Part shown: piece after piece, positions 13,001 through 21,400 of the stretch
How the letters are laid out: each line of letters starts with the position of its first letter
How positions within the stretch are numbered: the first letter of the stretch is position 1
Origin: an uncultured Deinococcaceae bacterium
GTDB taxonomy: Bacteria > Deinococcota > Deinococci > Deinococcales > Deinococcaceae
DNA length: 64,000 bases
Direction of reading: 5' to 3'
Assembly (NCBI GenBank): GCA_964252075.1
Contig: CAXULY010000001.1
Location: 32,001 to 96,000, forward strand
Made by a program: the position numbers and the translations under genes
Notes under the pieces: generated by a model
Told to the model about the DNA's origin: nothing
What the model saw: the letters and a program-made list of their open reading frames with translations, nothing else
Databases searched by the model: none

Positions 13001-13655
13001 CAACGACCGGCGGCACATCATCGCCTTCGATTACCTCGTGAACCAGTACGTGCGGGAACTGAACGGAAGGCAGATCAGCGAGATCGCCGAGACCCTCAGG
13101 ACCGCCGGGTACGAACCGGAATCCCTGGCGATCGCAGACGTGTCCACATCCCTCAAGGCGGTCCTCAAGGAGAAATTCAACGAGCCCAAGAACCTCTTCC
13201 CGGAGGACGCCACGGAGAACCAGCGCAAAGGCCGCGAGGGTTACCAGGCGGAACAGCGGCGCGCGCGCGCGAAACTCGCGGGAGACCTCACGACCTTCGA
13301 GCTGGAATCCAGGATCATGTCCGCGCACTACACGGACGTGCCCGAAGGCCAGGTGAACGGGCAGGCGCTCGGCGAGACCGAGACGGACTTCATCACGAAC
13401 TTCGACAACGTCGAGGCGAACCTGCCCAGCTACGAAGCCCTCGAGGGCAAAACGGCGGGCATCCGCGCGGGCATGCAGCGCCCCTCGCGCCTCTACCGCG
13501 ATGCGCGGGCGGACCTCATCAACATTGAGGAAGGGCTGGCGCACCTCGCGGAGTTTTCGAAGGGCGGCAATCAGGCGTCGAACGACGCCATCCGCGCCGC
13601 CATCGAGAAAGGCATGCGCTGCGCCATCCGGCTGTCGGAACTGCTGAACCAATAA
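7050..13655 (+). CDS. Large polymorphic toxin / candidate CIS cargo with several C-terminal toxin domains
   Basis: GAGG SD before ATG 7050. K/A-rich linker, long A/Q-rich helical region, hydrophobic Gly-zipper (~10070-10560), then GDDAGHRIG...NL...N...ENRW nuclease, LYRV...GQF...VPAGT...GGTRQ domain and DRRHII...NLFPE...NQRKG domain. Confidence 0.85.
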   Translation: MTEPGFDWRSPEQREDPLRLSVRSATELLTLPQADPIAPTLEAAEARFFERAPHAQRALAQPVLEAARLERQDAAQHTERRAALQGRAEELRATLPDGALDAAHEREAQRRNPALPAHFATPPHHRAPGARASAQDWVGLYAYEMHGQQQLGGARGIEGRAAAAIQRRAATGLKDAYRDLPPEGRAEGFGGQLAALAEWPLGGQVSQAVLARLPAGERARVQAALMGAQRQRRDLGSQDARALELQGLEGQLAQGVAPLAERLPAGLPADVRRQVQLGMNAGPGAFEAAGSAMDGAAQITARSRGERTGSVPALPQADGVGAPKGRRAPKKAPAGAKRATRAKDDPKGKAKKAPANAKAEKGKGKTTAKAKGKAAGAKAPKANGKAPTAGARAKGAAPRAGKGAALPTPGAGGGAAGGPQALRAVPLAEMPKGISAKPVLQVDGTAFYDLGQWKQLEAQEAQQARQVHVGTATRTGASAPQAAPRASTAHPLKQVGRTVSAAQIKAAEAAERKAAEGEMHAFVTRSQAKIKALDGARRAVAPTVQAAAKGAQAKVAGAARTATAQLASAAASATAKAQAAAASARTKIQAEFSSTTSAIKAATRSNQAALNAQHTAAVSALAKGLTSLNSGVSSAFTAAQGRAHTIGQSVGGAALAKGNQRAAAYAAEPLPHQSGWDNFVNGKDYPAKKRQAKVDAARQVGQSYHDELIKHAEEYAAKIPEGQAQVTDGNQKLHDEYLKTLDQQHTDSVTALHDAETQFIQQATTTRDQQLQAVAQQLRQAVAGINRQHTALKGQVQQQSSSQQAAISKAAASSISGLQKAADTATSGLHKQVSGIQGQLKGKGVPDVQALKAQLGTADQEIAGGVAAAQQSITGGARTASAQLNGQAGSAAAALAGTASQGAQGMNQAGAQAASAAAQVATGAAQALKGLAKGHEAALKALTEKVKSGTQSIQKGFDADAKSVTTGVRDQLKQAGDTFQGDLTKGMADEDAKITEEANKAADKVQPRWKGWVSIVIDIVIAIAVTALVICTGGVAGVVLGIVAGAVGGVLGQLAKDGLNGEMSSWQTYAAAALGGAIGGAVGAGGGALSGKLAGMAGEKLLAMGAGKVASGAVKFGVDFVGNNITGLVGQAVSGFINNKAFGTPFSLSDVFSVKNIAQNALMTGVGSAAGKYFEHNPGVVNRMRGMAGFGPKPQVHVTASPEHAAAAPEGAGTHAPTGKTEGAPTTPKGSTEAPRAPTTGREAPVPPATREAPAQSAAPRTTEIPAPHRSKAPGAPEGRGNTTPRAGGSETTRSAGDRTTEGQTRNTAPEGNARGEGQSPEPIAARHPEGAPGTGGKPDVSEQFRTNTFERNGRTYVETTGRLGQPGEVQTHRDPSAQARVSRGTGDDAGHRIGDRFGAPGDESNLAQQNWRANRNGTFKQLENRWAAALKDGVQIEAKVTDITRAGETRPFMRRAEWTETHPDGSVTHHELDFANTHTPESRSKQNIPDTVSEPQANNVTHVDFRNRRVIEGPQGPTPPEGSAPTRPGKAEGRNEGAPETATGDTPETVSARNRRSDDPDLNPTSVADLPGTVSGTYDYTNPGPLSPDKAATFAGQRYRTVKLEQDLVLYRVGEEGKPLGQFFDTKAPMSEIQARIDKAVLPRWPGGGESPIQMVHEVRVPAGTDIHVGEVANQGEYYLGGTRQVVVIEPWKIPGLEVLSSKPVNRIEVQPAIPAERVGDVQPLIERAQATPPTVDGAGPPTPQGGEGAPPVSAGPKSVTAEELAAGLPAHLRDRVPVEVHADLPSNTVRVRYEAENGVIKAVKLEAGPQATPRDIELHAQTVQAMQKYMGLQGRVRAALDRLMRLVGLDGTPKVGTRAWEAHLELQKLDGIIQERQAALAGSDDAATRSRLEADIQHLEQQLATHEATLGRMDLNPGEGYVAADGIRNGTHPNTLEFNFDQIRKDLFGKKGRPGWSEDTKQTLKSEYPSMHDADTTNLVPGNDRRHIIAFDYLVNQYVRELNGRQISEIAETLRTAGYEPESLAIADVSTSLKAVLKEKFNEPKNLFPEDATENQRKGREGYQAEQRRARAKLAGDLTTFELESRIMSAHYTDVPEGQVNGQALGETETDFITNFDNVEANLPSYEALEGKTAGIRAGMQRPSRLYRDARADLINIEEGLAHLAEFSKGGNQASNDAIRAAIEKGMRCAIRLSELLNQ

Positions 13656-13658
13656 GGC

Positions 13659-14162
13659 GTGCACATGAACGATATGGAACTTCTGCAGGCAGCGACGGGT
13701 GAGCAGGTCACGCCCGAAGTGACGCTCAGGGCGAAAGCGCTGGGTCAACGCCCCACCCGGGAACTCACGGCGTTCCTCCTGAACCAGCTGGAGAACAAGG
13801 AGACCAGCTGGAGGCTCCTGGCGGTCTCCCTGCTTGGCCTGAACGACGACCACGAGCCCAGCGCGGCGGAGCGGGCGGCCATCGAGGAGCGGCTGAACGA
13901 CGAGTCCCCACTCGTCCGCGTGAAGGCGGCCGCGGCGGTCGCCGCCTTCGGGAAAGGTCCGAGCGAGGCGCTCAGCGCGGCCTTCCGGGCGGAGCACGCC
14001 AGCGGCCCGAAACTCGCGATGTTCGAGGCGCTCCTCGAGGTGAACGGTGTGCCGTACCACCAGGTGCTCGAGTGGTCGAAGCGGGCGAAACGCGGGGAGG
14101 TCCAGATGGACCTGGAAGACGTCGAGAAGATCATCAACGGGAGCGCTCAGGGCAAGAACTGA
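13659..14162 (+). CDS. HEAT-repeat protein, candidate immunity protein
   Basis: Starts 3 nt after the toxin stop; LNDESPLVRVKAAAAVAAFG is a typical HEAT/PBS repeat. Confidence 0.75.
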   Translation: MHMNDMELLQAATGEQVTPEVTLRAKALGQRPTRELTAFLLNQLENKETSWRLLAVSLLGLNDDHEPSAAERAAIEERLNDESPLVRVKAAAAVAAFGKGPSEALSAAFRAEHASGPKLAMFEALLEVNGVPYHQVLEWSKRAKRGEVQMDLEDVEKIINGSAQGKN

Positions 14163-14351
14163 GGGCAGGGCGATCGGGGGTGTGGTTCAGGCGCGATGTC
14201 TGAGCGGTTTCGGACCAGCCCTCCGGATGCCCTTTCTCCGGTCTGCCCTGTGGCCCGGGGCGACACGACAGCGTCCCATGAAGCCAGATCGGCCCACGGG
14301 TTGCCCTTGCCGGTGGGACCCCTCCCTGAGGTCATGTGTCAGAGTGAACGC

Positions 14352-14648
14352 ATGACCACTTCCGACGTGCCACGGCTGCTCCAGGAACTCACCGACGTCC
14401 TCCGCATGGGGGGGGAGCCGCGCTGGGCGGCGAGCGTCGCGGACCTGGAGGCAGACGTGCGGGCGGAAGGGTACCTCAGCGCGGAGGGCGCCCGCGCGGT
14501 GCTGCGGCTCTTCGGCGGCTCGGGCACCCTCGGTGACGTGGTGCTGCAACCGGGCGGCAAGGTGGACTTCGCGGGGAATGAACGCCTGGACGCGCTCCGC
14601 ACGCAGCTGTACCAGGCGGCCATGCAGGCCATCGAAGCCAAGAACTGA
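14352..14648 (+). CDS. DUF6966-like small helical protein, candidate immunity protein
   Basis: LQELTDVLRMGGEPRWA...LFGGSGTLGDVVL...NERLDALRTQLY resembles the W...(F/Y)GGxGS(L/F)xD family found near toxins. Confidence 0.65.
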   Translation: MTTSDVPRLLQELTDVLRMGGEPRWAASVADLEADVRAEGYLSAEGARAVLRLFGGSGTLGDVVLQPGGKVDFAGNERLDALRTQLYQAAMQAIEAKN

Positions 14649-15054
14649 ATGTGCGCCCGCGCTGTGGTGGGTGCGCGCCCGCGCCTGTCTGGCCCGCATG
14701 TGGGTGTCGGCGCTTGTCGTCCTGCGGAGGCCCAGCGCATGACTTCCGCTCCTCGACTCGCACGGTATGGTGGGTCATGATGGGTCTCGACTTCGTTCTG
14801 GGCGGCCTCGGAGCCAGTGAATGGAAGGCCAGAGGGATGATGGCGCGTCGGTGTGGAAGGCACATGTCTTCACGAGCATGGATGACGAGCCTGGATGTGA
14901 GGCAGGCCGTCGGCGCAACGGCCGTCCTTGAGGAAGATTTCTTCGCACTTACGGTTCCTCGCTTGGTTCGGAAAGCCAGCCCGAACGACAGGCGGATGGG
15001 CGGGGAGCGCCGGGCGCCTTACACGCCGCGAAACCGAGGTGAGCGGCCCTGAGC

Positions 15055-15750
15055 GTGACGCTGTGGGTGGAGGCCGAATCCGGAAGGGTCTACCGCATCC
15101 CTGAGGCCGACTGGCGGGCGGCGGACGCCCAGTCAGTGACGCTGAGTGACCTGCTTGGCCGGACCCGCCGTGCAGGGCGGGCATGGGTTGAGTCGTACCT
15201 CCTGGCGGCGGTGGAGGGCGCGCAGGCGGTCCTGAACGACCCAGCGGTGCGAGCGGCGCTGCTGGGCCTCGCCGCGTCCTCCGTGCCGGGCGCGGACCGC
15301 TGGCTGGTGGACGCGGCCAGCGCCACGACCGCCGAGGCATTCGTGGAGGCGCTGGAGGAGGATGGCGCGGATGCGGCCGGGCGCCTCGCGACGCTCGGTC
15401 AAGTCATCGATCGCCTCGACGCGGGCGCGGGGTTGGAGCGCCTCGGTGAGCTGGCGGCCCGCGCCGCCCTCCTCGAAATGCAGGCGGCGCGGGGGACCGC
15501 CGGCAACGCCGCCGCGCCGCCCACACTCGCGCTCCTGCTGCCCGTCCTGGCGCGCGCGACGCGCGAGGACCCGGGCTGGCTGGAGGCCGCGCGCCTGACG
15601 GAAGTGCCCGCTGAGGACGTGGCGGCGGCAACGCGCGCGCACGTGGCCGCGCGCCTGCCCGCGCCCACCGCGCCCACCTTCGATTACGCGAAGCTGTTGG
15701 GGCGGCCCGCCGTCCCGCCCGCCCCCGACCCCACCGATGAAGCCGATTAG
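15055..15750 (+). CDS. Hypothetical Ala-rich protein
   Basis: 231-aa ORF with host-like codon usage, overlapping the start of the next gene. Confidence 0.6.
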   Translation: MTLWVEAESGRVYRIPEADWRAADAQSVTLSDLLGRTRRAGRAWVESYLLAAVEGAQAVLNDPAVRAALLGLAASSVPGADRWLVDAASATTAEAFVEALEEDGADAAGRLATLGQVIDRLDAGAGLERLGELAARAALLEMQAARGTAGNAAAPPTLALLLPVLARATREDPGWLEAARLTEVPAEDVAAATRAHVAARLPAPTAPTFDYAKLLGRPAVPPAPDPTDEAD

Positions 15751-16171
15751 CGCCGTTCTGCTGCTGGTGTTCCTTGGGGTGCTGGCGTGGCTGGTGTACG
15801 CGAACGTGACGGTCATCCGGAGTGCGGCGGCGGCGCGGCAGTTGCAGCAGGGCGGGGCGGTGGCGTCCGCGCGGGTGCTGGACGCGGGGCAGTCCATTCA
15901 CGGTCAGGCGAGCACGTACCGCGTCCGCGTGACGTTCACGCCGCCGCAGGGTGAGGCCGTCACGCTGGAGCAGGCGGTGGATTTTGCGACCTACAGCGAG
16001 GCCAGCAACGCGCGGCGCGCGCAGGTGCGGTACCTGCCGAGCGACCCGCGCCGCGCGGAGATCGTGGGGAACGCGGAGGGCGGCGTGACGGCCGCCCTCG
16101 TGATCGTGCTGGACGCGCTGTTCCTGGGGTTCGCGGGGTTCCTGGGGTGGGCGCTCCTCCGCGGGAAGTAG
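15737..16171 (+). CDS. DUF3592-like membrane protein
   Basis: TM, then beta domain (YRVRVTF...VRYLPSDPRRA), then TM. Confidence 0.75.
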   Translation: MKPISAVLLLVFLGVLAWLVYANVTVIRSAAAARQLQQGGAVASARVLDAGQSIHGQASTYRVRVTFTPPQGEAVTLEQAVDFATYSEASNARRAQVRYLPSDPRRAEIVGNAEGGVTAALVIVLDALFLGFAGFLGWALLRGK

Positions 16172-16186
16172 GGGAGGGCGCGCCCC

Positions 16187-17845
16187 TCAGGAGTTCAGCT
16201 TGATGGTGCTGCCCTGGATGTCCACGCCGCCCGCGCCGCCCTGAATGCTGACGCCCTGCGTGGCGTTCAGGGACATCTTGCCGTCCGCGTTGACGTTCAC
16301 GTCGCCCTTCATTTGGATGGTGAGGGTGTTCGTCTTGGAGTCAATCTTGATCTGGTTGCCGTTCATGTCCTGCACTAGAATGCCGGGCGCGTCGTCAGAG
16401 TCGTCGAGGATGATGAGGTGCCCGAGGCGCGAGCGGTGAATGCGCTGCAGGGTCTTGCCGCCCTTCACGACCTGCTTGCTGGACTTGGGGGGCGCGTCCA
16501 CGCCGTTCCACAGCCCGCCAATGATGTACGGGTGGTGCATGTCGCCCAGCTCGAAGCCCACGAGGACCTCGTCGTTCACCTCGGGAATCCACTCCATGCC
16601 GCGCGTGGGGCCGCCGCCCGGCACCGCGATGCGCGCCCAGTCGCTCTCGTCCTTCTCGGAGAGCCACGGGAACTTCACCTTCACGCGGCCCTGCCCGAGC
16701 GGGTCGTCGTTGTTCGTGACGATGCCGATCACGAAGCCGTACTGCGTGTGTGGCTTCGTGCGCTCCTGCAGGGTGTTCGCGATGTCCGGCGCGCGCCCGC
16801 CACTCACCGTGAACTCGGTGGTGTAGCCGCTCTCCGTGCGGTAGTGGTGCGTGACGCTGGAGAGCGTGTACTTCCCCTGGTAGCGGTCACTGACGCCCGT
16901 GATGTTCAGGCTCATGCCGGCCGTCATCTTGGGGTGCCCGCCCGTCACGCCGGTCGCCTCCAGGAACTTCTGTCGGTGCTGGTCGGCGGTGCCCGTCGCG
17001 TACAGTTCCGCGAGTTTTTCCTTGCGGACCACCTGCTGCGTCACCGTGTACGGCGCGGAGAGGTCCTCCTCGCCGCCCGCCTGCGCTTCCGGGATGCCCT
17101 TGCCCTTCCCGACGGCGCTCACCACCGCGCGTTTGCGCTGGGGGTCCCAGCCGCGCACGGTGGTGCCGCTCGCCTGGTCGAGGCTGGAGAGGCGCGGCGA
17201 GAACTCGATGAGGTTCGTGCCCCACTGCACCTCGCCCGCGTCGCCCTTGGATTCCATGGGTTCGCAGTGCAGCGTCGTGCCGTCCACGTACAGCAGGTAC
17301 CCGAGGCGGCTCGCGCGGTCCCGCAGGAAATCCAGGTTCGTCTGGTTCGACTGAATCACGTAATCGTGCACGTAACTCGCGGGCCCCACCTTGGCCTGCA
17401 GGCCGAGTTCCGCCGCGATCTTCTTCACCACGTCCATGTCCGTGACGTTCTGGAAGGTGCGCGTGAAGGTGCCGCGCGAGAGTTTGTGCAGGCGGTCGTA
17501 CGCGCGCACCTTCAGCTGCTGCCCGTGCTGCAGCAGGTGCGGTTCGACCTCCACGATCTCGCCGTCGAAGACGTTCTGCTCCTGGTTGTTGTCCACCTTG
17601 ATGGTGATGGTCATCGGCACGCCGACCTTGTACGTGCCCGCGTCGTCCGTGAAGTTGTACGCGCTGGCCCGCTCGCGCAGGGGCGTGAGGTCACGCAGGA
17701 TGAGGGTCGCGACGTCCGGCATGTGCAGGCTGCTCTCGATGGTGAGTTCCTGCAGGTTCGTCATGGCGTCCGGGCTGAGGTCGCCGTTCAGGTGAATGTA
17801 GAAGTGCGGCACGGCGCCGCGCATGTTGACGGCCTGGGTCATCAC
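16187..17845 (-). CDS. vgrG: VgrG-like spike (Afp8 equivalent)
   Basis: Phage D/gp27-like N-terminus (QSNQTNLDFL, VRGWDP) and gp5 OB fold (GIVTNNDDPLGQGRVKVKFPW...WARI...PEVNDEVLVGFELGD..PYIIGGLWNG). No toxin extension. Confidence 0.93.
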   Translation of the reverse strand: MMTQAVNMRGAVPHFYIHLNGDLSPDAMTNLQELTIESSLHMPDVATLILRDLTPLRERASAYNFTDDAGTYKVGVPMTITIKVDNNQEQNVFDGEIVEVEPHLLQHGQQLKVRAYDRLHKLSRGTFTRTFQNVTDMDVVKKIAAELGLQAKVGPASYVHDYVIQSNQTNLDFLRDRASRLGYLLYVDGTTLHCEPMESKGDAGEVQWGTNLIEFSPRLSSLDQASGTTVRGWDPQRKRAVVSAVGKGKGIPEAQAGGEEDLSAPYTVTQQVVRKEKLAELYATGTADQHRQKFLEATGVTGGHPKMTAGMSLNITGVSDRYQGKYTLSSVTHHYRTESGYTTEFTVSGGRAPDIANTLQERTKPHTQYGFVIGIVTNNDDPLGQGRVKVKFPWLSEKDESDWARIAVPGGGPTRGMEWIPEVNDEVLVGFELGDMHHPYIIGGLWNGVDAPPKSSKQVVKGGKTLQRIHRSRLGHLIILDDSDDAPGILVQDMNGNQIKIDSKTNTLTIQMKGDVNVNADGKMSLNATQGVSIQGGAGGVDIQGSTIKLNS

Positions 17846-18421
17846 TCACCGCCCATCGCTGTACTTCTTGCGCAGGTCGCCGCTGTACCCCTGGTTGTCC
17901 TGCCGCACGCGCTCGCTGATCTGGTACGTGCCCTCGCCCTCCATGAGGGACTTGTGCTCCAGCGCCTCCTGGAACTCCACGCTCACCATGGCGCGCACCG
18001 GCATGCCGTTCGGCATGAACATCGTGTACTGCTGCTGCATGCTGGTGATGACAGCGTTGAACAGCCAGTTCTTGCCCCACATGAAGCGCACCTTGGGGGG
18101 GCGGCCCTTCTTGGTTTTGGGGTCGCGCAGGTCCTCGCAGATGTTCATCATCTGCCACAGGATGTCGGTGTGCGTGCGCACGTCCTTCACGGTGGTCTTG
18201 TCGTCGCGCAGGTACGTGTCGAAGAACAGCTGCATGGTGAGCTTCGCGCCGCTGCCGCCGGAGAAGGTCAGGTCGTGCGCGTCCTTGGTGCTGTTGTCGG
18301 CGGGCCCCCAGTTGTTCGTCTTGGCGACCGTGTACTCCTTGGGGTTGAACAGGCAGTCCACCTGCAGTTTCGGGCCTTCGATGGTGTAGATGGACGCTTT
18401 GGTGAGCTGACCGTCGGACAT
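17846..18421 (-). CDS. CIS tube-initiator protein (Afp7-like, lacking LysM)
   Basis: LFNPKEY...LTMQLFFDT...PPKVRFMWG...YTMFMPNGMPVRAMVSVEFQE; immediately upstream of vgrG. Confidence 0.88.
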   Translation of the reverse strand: MSDGQLTKASIYTIEGPKLQVDCLFNPKEYTVAKTNNWGPADNSTKDAHDLTFSGGSGAKLTMQLFFDTYLRDDKTTVKDVRTHTDILWQMMNICEDLRDPKTKKGRPPKVRFMWGKNWLFNAVITSMQQQYTMFMPNGMPVRAMVSVEFQEALEHKSLMEGEGTYQISERVRQDNQGYSGDLRKKYSDGR

Positions 18422-18461
18422 GCCTTCCTCCAGGGGTGAGGGGTTGCGTTCAGGTTTCAGT

Positions 18462-21400
18462 CTATTGGCACTGGCTGGGTTGCGGCGCGCCCTCGCGCCA
18501 GCCGCACCAGCGTTCGCGGTCCCCGCGCGTGCTGTACGGGCCGTAGAAGCCGTTCATGGCGTCGTTGAAGGCCACCACGAAGGTGATGTCCTCGCCGGGC
18601 TTGTTCGGCACCGTGACGTTCGCGCTCAGGTTGTAGTTGCCGCTCGTGCCGGAGATGCGCCCGCGCAGCTTGCCCTGGTCGCCCGTGCGGTCGTTGACGA
18701 AGGTGCCGGTCACCTCGTTGCCCTTCACGTTGAGTTTCAGGCGACCAAAGGGGTGCAGCCAGGTGCCGGAGAGCTGCTCCGCGCCGCTCGCGGCCTGCGT
18801 GGGGGCGCTCACGGCGACGTGCACGGTCTGCTGCACGCGCTGCCCGCCGCCGATCGCGGTGAGGACGTAGTCGGCGTCGCGCGTCACGCGCCGCGTGGCG
18901 CTGCCCTGCGGCTCCACGCTGCCCAGCCCACTCAGGGACACCCGCACGGCGCCCTCCACGCTCCAGGTGAGGGTCACGCGGCTGTTCTTCGGGACGCTCG
19001 CGTCACTCGCGGTGAAGCTCGTGATGGTGGGGGTGACGGTCGGGCGCTCGGGTTCGGGCGCCGGGGCGGGGGCCGGTTCGGGCGCGGGCGCTGGAGCGGG
19101 CGTGGGTGCCGGAGCGGGAGTGGGCGTCGCCTGCGCCGTCTTGGGCGGCAGGGCGGGCGGCATGCTGGGGTTCGCGAGGACGCTCACGCGCTGGCTGGAC
19201 TTCGCGGGCGCGCCACTCCCCACCGACTGAACCGTGAACACCGTGTTCTTCTTGATGGCAATAGCGGTCATGCCCTGCGCGGGGTACACGCGATTCATGG
19301 GGAAGATCTTGACGCGCTGCGCGCCGCGCACGTTCCAGCGCAGCACCACGCGCTGCCCTGCCGTGATCTGCGCGGGCGACACGCTGAACGCCACGACCTG
19401 CGCGGGCGCGGGCGGTATGGGCTTCGGCTTGGGTTTGGGCTGCACGACCACCGGGGCGGGCGTGGGCGCGGGTGCGGGCGTTGGGGCGGGTTTCGGCTGG
19501 ACCTGCGCGACCTTCGGCGCGGGCGTGGGCGCCGGGGTGGGTTGCGGCGCGGGCTGTGCGGGCGCGGGCGGCAGCACCAGGAGTGTCGCGGACTGCGCGT
19601 CCTGCGTGCCCTCGGCGTTGCGCGCGGTGAGCGTCAGCTGTGTGTTCTGCGCGGGCGCCGTGACGGTCATGCTGCCGGAGTTCGGGACGCTTTGCGTGCC
19701 GTTCAGGCCGTCCAGCGTGACAGACGTGGCGTTCTGCGTCTGCCAGGACAGCGTGACGCTCTCGCCCGTGCGGGGCTTGCGCGGCGTGACCTTGAAGCCC
19801 GTGACTTTCGGCGGGATGGCGCTCACGTTCGCGGCGCCGCTCGTCTCCACCTGCTGCTGGCCGTTCGTGGCGCTCAGCTTGTACACCACGCCCTGCTGCG
19901 CGGTGAGCTGCCTCGTGCCCTGCGCGGGCACCGTGCCGATCGGGTCGATGGTGACGCTGCTGGCGTTCGCGACCTTCCATGACAGCGTGATGGGGTCGCC
20001 GACCTGCGCATTCTCGGGGCTCACCTTGAAGAGCTCCACCACGGGCGCGAGGAGCCGCACGCTGGCGGTCTGCGTGACGTTCTGCGTGCCGACGTTCGCG
20101 GTGAGGGTGTACGTGGTGTCGCCCGTGACCTTCACCTGCTGCTGGCCCTGCGCGGGCACCGACCCGATGGGTTGCAGGTTCACGCTGTCCGCGTTGCGCA
20201 CCCGCCAGCGGACCGTGACGGTCTGGCCGGGCGCGGCCTGCGCGGGCGTTACCTCGAACAGGTCAATGCCGGGCGCGAGGAGCTTCACGCTGGCGCTCTT
20301 CTGCACCGCCTGCCCGCCGGAGTCCGCGCGGAGCGTGAAGGTGGTGTCCTGCGTGATCTTCTGGCGCAGCTCGCCCTTCGCGGGCTGCGTGCCGATGGGG
20401 TCGATCGTCACTTCCTTGACGTTCGCGACGTTCCAGCGCAGGGTGGCGGTCTGCCCGCTCGTGATGTTCTGCGGGTCCACCGAGAAGCTCTTCACGACCG
20501 GCGCGGGCACCTGCGGCGTGATCGTCATGAGGGTCTGCGCGGTCTTCACGCGCCCGTACGCGATGACCTGCACGTCCGTGGGCGCCGTGATGCCCTGCGG
20601 GATGATGAGCTTCTTGACGCCGCCGCCCACGCGTTTGTTCCAGGGCTTCACCAGCACGCTCACGGTGTTGCGCGTCTCGAAGTTCAGGGTGAAGGGCTTC
20701 CCGACGGGCGGGTTCTGCGGCGTGACGCTCGCCGTCACAATGGTGGGCGCCTGCAGCAGCCACCACACGATGCCGATCACCAGGATCGCGAGGATGGGGA
20801 GCGCCCACAGCGGCATCAGGGGCAGGTGCAGCAGGTTCACGTTCGCGGGCGCGCCGGGACCGCGGTCGTTCTCCGCGACCACGTGCAGGTGCCGGGGGCG
20901 CGGCGAGCCGATCCAGCGGATGGGGAGGCGCACGTTCATGCGGCTCTCGTAACTCTCGCCGGGCTGCAGCACGATGTCGCGCTGGAACTCGCTGACGCGC
21001 ACCTTGCCGATGCCTTCGCGCAGGCGCATGTAGTAGTTGTAGATGATGGTGCGGACGGGAATGATGTTGTGCAGGTTCCCGCTCGCCGGGATGTTGATCT
21101 GACTCCACGGGGACTGCAGGAACACCCCGCCCTCGTCGTCCTTCACGGTGGGGTTGTACGTGATGGGCACGTTGCTGTCGTTGCGCAGCTTGAAGGTGTA
21201 GTGCGTGCGCCGCCACGCGCTGCGGCGCTTCGGGGAGACCTCTACCGTGGTGTTCAGGAACTCCGTGACGGTCCACGTCATGGGCACGAAGCCGAACTCC
21301 GTGGGGTTCTCGCGGCTGCGCGCCACGACCTTCATCTCGTACACGCCCGCGTGGTGCTGGCTCTCGCGCGGCACAAGGACCCGCAGGGTCGTCTCGGCGG

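Noticed and set aside
14649..15054. Possible ORFs between the immunity candidates
   Set aside because: No frame shows convincing codon usage, an SD or a motif; may be a relic but cannot be supported.
19040..19570. Short tandem repeats as a CRISPR array or VNTR
   Set aside because: They encode PAPTPAP linkers within a CDS; there is no repeat-spacer structure and no cas genes.
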